Of a stretch of DNA of 64,000 nucleotides, positions 58,805-64,000 are shown piece by piece; position 1 is the stretch's first letter; the number at the start of each line of letters is the position of its first letter. The stretch comes from Candidatus Poribacteria bacterium (GTDB lineage: Bacteria; Poribacteria; WGA-4E; WGA-3G), in the NCBI GenBank assembly GCA_965205015.1, contig OZ242029.1:2688001-2752000 (forward strand), given 5' to 3'. The notes under the pieces were generated by a model. That model was not told the origin of the DNA and did not search any database. It saw only the letters and a list, made by a program, of their open reading frames with translations. A program made the position numbers and the translations under genes.

Positions 58805-60213
58805 CTAAAGTTTGGACAATTTTAAAGAATTAAGATGTTTGAAAGCAGAAAAGCAGGTATCCTTTCATAAACATACCACTGTTTTGAAAGGAAGGCAAAA
58901 ATGCCCCTGCTTCTCCACTTAGAAAGTATTGTATCGGATTTTCGTCATTTGTTCAACTCCCAAAACTTTGCGCTTTTTCAAGCATTTATTTTTGGGTTTA
59001 TGACTCAACCGCCTGGAGGCAGCCTGACGCACCTGTATCAGTCGAGTGGATCCGCGACACGCTATTGGTCGTTTCCGAAGTTTCTTTCCCGGGGCAAATG
59101 GGATACCGATGCGGTTGCTGCGTGCCTGATGAAAAGGCTCCAGGGCGTGTTTGCCGACTGGGTTTACGTCTATGATGCCACCAAAGCCTTGAAGACGGGT
59201 AAAACCCAATGGGGTTTACATTTTTTCCGCAACTTCAGTTATCACGGTAAACATCGCGTGAATCAATCAAAGTTTCACTTCGGACACGAGTTTGGGGCAT
59301 TAGGTTTACTCTGCGAGACAGCGGCAGATTGGTTGCTGTTTCCGGTCTGGGTGAAACTCATTGCACCTCAGACGCTCCGGGACAAAGGTGATGCGGTGTT
59401 GAAACGTATCTGTTCAAAGCTCCCCCGGGGGTTGATCCTCTTTGATAGAGGGTTCTGCCGCCGAAAAGTCTTTGAAATGCTCTTGGAACTCGGACATCAT
59501 CTGTTGTGTCGTGCGAAGTCAAATGCGGTGTTTTATCGTTTACCGAAACGTCCGAAGCGCCCCCAGCGCGGGCGTCCGAAGAAATATGGAGACCGTTTGA
59601 ACATCCAACGCTTACGGTATCAAGACGTTTGCATCCTGGAAAAAACGTATCAGGTCGCCTCAGAGGTCGTTCGGACGAAAATGTGTCCGACAGACGTCCG
59701 ACTCGTCGTGATACGCACCCGAGTCAAACCCTCAAAACCGTATCGGTATTTCTGTGTCTTTACAACAGATATGACCTTGGAGCTCCCGAAGATCGTTGAA
59801 TACTACCGGCAGAGGTGGCAGATAGAAACAGCGTTTCGAGATGTCAAGCAGCATTTCGGATTTGATGCCTATCGGGTCAAGTCTCGCAAAAGCATCAATC
59901 GCTTCGTGCAGCTGAGTTTCGTCGCAGCGTCTCTGACGAAGTTGGTCTTCTTGAAGTTTGGGTCTCGGTATCCCTCGGATCGCGTGAGCGTCAAAGAGGT
60001 CTGCGAGCATCTCGGGATTCATTGGTATCATCCGAAGCACTTGACCCAAGGGTTACGGGTCGCTTATTTACAGTCGCACCTCAGAGCGTTGGAATATTCT
60101 GCGAGTTCCCAAGAAGAGACCAACTCACAGAATATTCATCCCATATCTGAACACGATACCACGCTACCTTTCGACAAAGCAGCTTGAAACTTACAATATT
60201 GTCCAAACTTTAG
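58805..60213 (+). mobile_element. Complete insertion sequence (IS4-superfamily/IS701-like)
   Basis: 16-bp TIR CTAAAGTTTGGACAAT / ATTGTCCAAACTTTAG; 9-bp direct repeat TAAACTTTA at 58796-58804 and 60214-60222. Confidence 0.9.
58901..60187 (+). CDS. DDE transposase
   Basis: VYDAT (D), LFDRGF (D), YRQRWQIETAFRDVKQHFG (YREK-type E). Confidence 0.92.
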   Translation: MPLLLHLESIVSDFRHLFNSQNFALFQAFIFGFMTQPPGGSLTHLYQSSGSATRYWSFPKFLSRGKWDTDAVAACLMKRLQGVFADWVYVYDATKALKTGKTQWGLHFFRNFSYHGKHRVNQSKFHFGHEFGALGLLCETAADWLLFPVWVKLIAPQTLRDKGDAVLKRICSKLPRGLILFDRGFCRRKVFEMLLELGHHLLCRAKSNAVFYRLPKRPKRPQRGRPKKYGDRLNIQRLRYQDVCILEKTYQVASEVVRTKMCPTDVRLVVIRTRVKPSKPYRYFCVFTTDMTLELPKIVEYYRQRWQIETAFRDVKQHFGFDAYRVKSRKSINRFVQLSFVAASLTKLVFLKFGSRYPSDRVSVKEVCEHLGIHWYHPKHLTQGLRVAYLQSHLRALEYSASSQEETNSQNIHPISEHDTTLPFDKAA

Positions 60214-60376
60214 TAAACTTTAATGAAAGATTTTAAATCCACAATTTTCAAGTCCAAAACTACTTATTGCGAAAAGTAAAACATAACACTCGACAATCAA
60301 TCGCATACGAAATGAAGGAATACTGAATTGGAATGGCCGCACTTTTATCCGGATAGTGGATAAAGAAGGGGCAAAT

Positions 60377-60826
60377 ATGTTTGATACACTCAATATTCCA
60401 AGTTTAGACAGACTCGAAATTGTAGAGACCTACGCGTACTACGATCAACCTGTTCTGTTCTCCTGCAAAAATTCTGAGGGTCATCTTTACCTTGTTGTAG
60501 CTGCAGATGAAAACGATCAATATGAAACTTGGCTCTACGCGAAGGTGTCCGTTGAGTGTCTCAACCTCGTTCGTTCCGGTGCGATTGATCTTCACGACGC
60601 ATTCGCGGATCCTGAAGGTGGGTGTTTACTTCAAGGGCGGTTTTCCTATGACGCTCCGACCTCCCCCCAGATTGAATCCATTGAGGCACATCAAGTCTCC
60701 GAGGATATGCTTCCACTCTCCGGTGAATGCCTTGATCTCGAAACTGAGACGCGCCCTGTGCCCAGCCAGGCTGAACCCATGCTAAAAAACAACCAAGACT
60801 TAGATATACTGCCATCGGAAATTTAG
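60377..60826 (+). CDS. Hypothetical protein (DUF6575-like)
   Basis: YAYYDQPVLFSC...YLV...WLY pattern, recognised from recall only. Confidence 0.5.
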   Translation: MFDTLNIPSLDRLEIVETYAYYDQPVLFSCKNSEGHLYLVVAADENDQYETWLYAKVSVECLNLVRSGAIDLHDAFADPEGGCLLQGRFSYDAPTSPQIESIEAHQVSEDMLPLSGECLDLETETRPVPSQAEPMLKNNQDLDILPSEI

Positions 60827-60971
60827 ACGCTTATCTCACTTGAGTGTGTGAGACCCTACGCAGTGTTCGGCAATTTGATGTCTGTTGAATTTCAGCAACA
60901 AGACTTGTCTGAACTTCACCGGTGTCGGGTCTCGATTAGCGATGGCATTTCACGATATTGAAAGGATAAAC

Positions 60972-61748
60972 ATGTTAGGTGCGATTATAGGTGACATTGT
61001 CGGTTCCGTCTACGAGTGGGATCGGATTAAAACCAAGGAGTTTCCGTTCCTCACGGATGCCTGTTTTTTCACAGATGATACCGTGTGCACTGTTGCGGTC
61101 GCGGATATACTGCTGCACGGTCTTCCGCCCGCGGAAACGATGCAGAATTGGTGTCGCCGGTATCCGGACTGCAGTTATGGTGGCAACTTTGGATACTGGA
61201 TTTATACCGACCCACCCAAACCCTACGACAGTTTTGGCAACGGTGCAGCGATGCGGGTGTCGCCAGCGGCGTTCCTGAACCGCAACAGCGATGTGGCGGA
61301 TGCCCTCGCTGCTGCTGACAGTGTCACCGAAATCACGCACAATCACCCTGAAGGCATGAAAGGTGCACGCGCGACCACACACGCTATCTATCTGGCGTTT
61401 CACGTCGAGAGTCCTGATAACATCCGTCGCTTTATTGCTTCTGAATATGGGTATGACCTGACACAGACAGTGGACGACATTCGTCGCGATTACGGTTTCG
61501 ATGAGTCATGTCAAGGGACAGTGCCGCAAGCGATCACTTGTGCTTTGGAGTCAGACAGTTTTGAGGATGCTGTGCGGAACGCGATCTCACTCGGTGGTGA
61601 CGCGGATACACTGGGTGCGATTGCGGGTGCTATTGCCGAGGCGATGCACGGTATCCCAGAGACGCTCCAGGCACAGGCGGAAACCCGTTACCTCGCGAGT
61701 GCCCCGGAGATGCTTAGGATTCTAAAGGGGATGTATGCGTTGGTTTGA
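60972..61748 (+). CDS. ADP-ribosylglycohydrolase (DraG/ARH family)
   Basis: Motifs MLGAIIGDIVGS, FTDDT, GNGAAMR, THNH, GGDADT. Confidence 0.92.
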   Translation: MLGAIIGDIVGSVYEWDRIKTKEFPFLTDACFFTDDTVCTVAVADILLHGLPPAETMQNWCRRYPDCSYGGNFGYWIYTDPPKPYDSFGNGAAMRVSPAAFLNRNSDVADALAAADSVTEITHNHPEGMKGARATTHAIYLAFHVESPDNIRRFIASEYGYDLTQTVDDIRRDYGFDESCQGTVPQAITCALESDSFEDAVRNAISLGGDADTLGAIAGAIAEAMHGIPETLQAQAETRYLASAPEMLRILKGMYALV

Positions 61749-61789
61749 GCGCGATGCCCAGAACGTGGTGTTAAAGGAACCGCTGCAGA

Positions 61790-62212
61790 AACGCCGAATG
61801 TGGGCGTTCATACCTCAACTATTTCTCGTCTTTCCGACCCGTTTCACTCAACAAAGTCAAGGCTTTCTTTTGGATGTCGAGTGCCACGGCTAATCTCCCA
61901 ACGTGTTGCTCCAGTTGAGCGATCCGTTCCGTATCCTCCTTGGATGGCTTACCGCTTGATTCAAAAAGGGAGGCGGCATTTTCAAGGAGTTGCTGTTTCC
62001 ATTTTGAAAGTTGTTCTTCGCTGATGTTATGTCGCTGACACAGTTCCGCTTGGGAACTTTCACCGCGGAGTGCCTCAAGGACAACTTTCGCTTTAAACTC
62101 AGGGGTGAAGTTTCTTCGTTTTCGTTTCGTCATCGGAGACTCCTTTCAAGTGGATTGGTATTATAGCACAATCTTGGTTTAGAGAGTGGCCCGAATTTCC
62201 GGTGGCAGTACA
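61790..62212 (-). mobile_element. Truncated IS3-family element (IRL + orfA; orfB lost)
   Basis: IRL TGTACTGCCACCGGAAATTCGGGCCAC at 62212. OrfA 61819..62133 has an HTH_Tnp_1 pattern (RRNFTPEFKAKVVLE...KWKQQ). No integrase ORF follows. Confidence 0.8.
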
Positions 62213-62259
62213 ACCTACCGCCTTTCACTTTTTCAGATTTTGTGAGTTGTTTTGGCTGT

Positions 62260-62729
62260 TTATGGATTGGCAGTTCGTTGTTGTTTGAGTGTTTCGATTT
62301 CTTGGGTAAAAGACTCTATTTTTTCTTCTTGGTTGCGTATACGTTGTTCAATTACCCTCCTCTCTTCAGGGGTGAGTTCCTCAATCCGTTTTTCCACCAG
62401 TTCGAGAACAATTTTTCAAAAGATTCTTGCGACTGTATCCGATCTGTTCTACTACGCCATGCTATGAAAATTTGTGGAATGCCAACGGCTAAGACGATGA
62501 GGGCTATGAGTCCGCCTATAAGGGTTGTAACGAGCGAAAGTCTCTTATCAATGCTCTCATTCTTAGTGTTGATATGCTCTTTCATTCGCGTCTTGGAGTT
62601 GTTAATTTCTTTCTGGACTTCCTCCTTAACAATCAAGCGGATTTTATCAAGATCAGCATCCGCTAACTCACCAAGTGCAGGCATCGCGATTGCACAGAAC
62701 AGTATTGAGATAAGCAAAACAATTTTCAT
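62260..62729 (-). pseudogene. Secreted/membrane coiled-coil protein with a frameshift in an A5 run
   Basis: The ORF stops at 62352. Adding one A near 62412-62416 continues it as EKIVLELVEKRIEEL...QEIETLKQQRTANP* to 62260. Confidence 0.55.
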
Positions 62730-62879
62730 GATAATACCTTTTTTGTGCTGTGTTCGGGGTCAGTGATGCGGATAGTATAGTAGTTTCAGCAGTGTTTGTC
62801 AAGAAGAAAAAGGCTTTTCTGTACATCTATAAACCCGCACAGAAATCCCAATTTAAAAATGTTATAAAAACGTAACATT

Positions 62880-64000
62880 TTATCGGAAAAGATATTTCGG
62901 TGCCAACACCGTTAACGACACACCGCGGGCAATTAGAAGCAGTGTGAGCGCGCCCCATAGTCCATGATTCCCAAAAGGCATCAACAGATAGATTGCGCTT
63001 AAATAGAGCAGTGTTGACAGAATTGCAGAGTTCCGTAAGGCTCTTGAGGCAGTCGCCCCAAGGAAAATACCGTCCCAAATGTAGGCGGCGACGTTAATCA
63101 CGGGGGCGACGATTACCCAAATAAGATAAACTTCTGCATGTTCGACAAGCGACATCTGATCTGTAAAAACATACAGCAATCGTTCTCCAAAGCACACAAA
63201 CGTTAGCGTAATCACACCTGCGAACAGGAATGCCCAGAGGAAGATGAGGCGCGTTGTCTGTTTCAGATTTTGGAGGTCCTGCGCGCCTTTGTATTTGCCA
63301 ACCATACTTTCTGCTGCAAAAGCGAAACCGTCAATCGCGTAGGACAATAGATTAATATACTGCAACAGAATGGTGTTAATTGCCAAGAAGGTATCACTCA
63401 AGGCGGCGGATTTTGCGGTGAAATAGGCATGACTGAATACGAGGCAGCACGTCCTGATGAAGATATCCGCACTGATGTTAAGGAACCGCTTGAGTTTAGA
63501 AAATGCTAAGATTTCTCGGAAATTCCATTTTGGCAAAATACCGCGATAATATCTCGAAAAGAGGAGAACTGCTATAAATAATCCGATATACTGCGCAATG
63601 ACAGTCGCTAAAGCGATTCCGTCTACCTTCATGTTGAGTAGCCTCACAAATACCAGATTTAAGACGATATTGGCGAGGTTCACCACAATGGTCAGTAACA
63701 TTGGGTAGCGGGCATTCTGTAACCCCAAAAATACACCGTGAAAGGCGTGCAGACACAATGTTGCAGGCGCAGCATAGATACGGATATGGAAGTAGATGCG
63801 GGCGAGATGTTCTACATCAGGACTCGCATCAATGAGGCGGAAACTGAGATCAATTAGCTGCCACTGGAGGATAAGGAGTAATAGGCTTGACGTGATACCG
63901 ATGCATATCGCTCTTAGCAGCAAATGTCCACATTCTCGGAGGTCGTTTTCTCCGAAGGCTTGCGCTGTCAATCCCGTGGTTGTCATTCGGAGAAACCCAA
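62880..64000 (-). CDS. MATE-family efflux protein (DinF-like), 5'-truncated by window edge
   Basis: Motifs GFLRMTTTGLTAQAFG, NIVLNLVFV, GIALATVIAQY, DGFAFAAE, DGIFLGAT. Confidence 0.92.
   Translation of the reverse strand, partial: GFLRMTTTGLTAQAFGENDLRECGHLLLRAICIGITSSLLLLILQWQLIDLSFRLIDASPDVEHLARIYFHIRIYAAPATLCLHAFHGVFLGLQNARYPMLLTIVVNLANIVLNLVFVRLLNMKVDGIALATVIAQYIGLFIAVLLFSRYYRGILPKWNFREILAFSKLKRFLNISADIFIRTCCLVFSHAYFTAKSAALSDTFLAINTILLQYINLLSYAIDGFAFAAESMVGKYKGAQDLQNLKQTTRLIFLWAFLFAGVITLTFVCFGERLLYVFTDQMSLVEHAEVYLIWVIVAPVINVAAYIWDGIFLGATASRALRNSAILSTLLYLSAIYLLMPFGNHGLWGALTLLLIARGVSLTVLAPKYLFR

Noticed and set aside
62242-62766. 174-aa plus-strand ORF and other long antisense ORFs (e.g. 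9245..9820, 24480..25055)
   Set aside because: They are antisense shadows of better-supported genes and show no recognisable motifs.

Overview
A 64-kb bacterial window of about 48-50% GC (estimated by eye). It is probably from Candidatus Poribacteria or a relative, inferred from four secreted LamG-like proteins ending in VEPxxKLAxTWxxxK plus many sulfatase and sugar-catabolism genes. It holds core genes (nadD-yacG-yqeK-rsfS, thiI, rnhC, nagB, pyrR-pyrC-carA-carB with a PyrR attenuator), ABC transporter parts, a type II TA pair, a decayed type II R-M locus and an accessory/defence region at about 54.6-62.2 kb. That region contains an MTase-Mrr-like fusion, an HsdR_N-like membrane protein, a type ISP remnant, a complete IS with a 9-bp target duplication, an ADP-ribosylglycohydrolase and a partial IS3. 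The main discovery is a pair of homologous, non-coding ~400-nt elements (2174-2574 minus strand; 23789-24204 plus strand) with many compensatory base-pair changes and a tRNA-like subdomain. Each sits between the Shine-Dalgarno sequence and the ATG of one member of a tandem LamG paralogue pair, and the neighbouring paralogue shows the empty site. Removing GT...AG restores the SD-ATG spacing of the empty paralogue in both cases. This suggests an RBS-splitting intron-like or regulatory RNA, or an RBS-targeting mobile RNA. Other structured-RNA candidates are an IS200/IS605-derived omegaRNA-like element behind a near-consensus promoter (11385-11757) and a 340-nt structured leader before the MTase (54612-54952). 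All alignments and pairings were read by eye; no searches were run.
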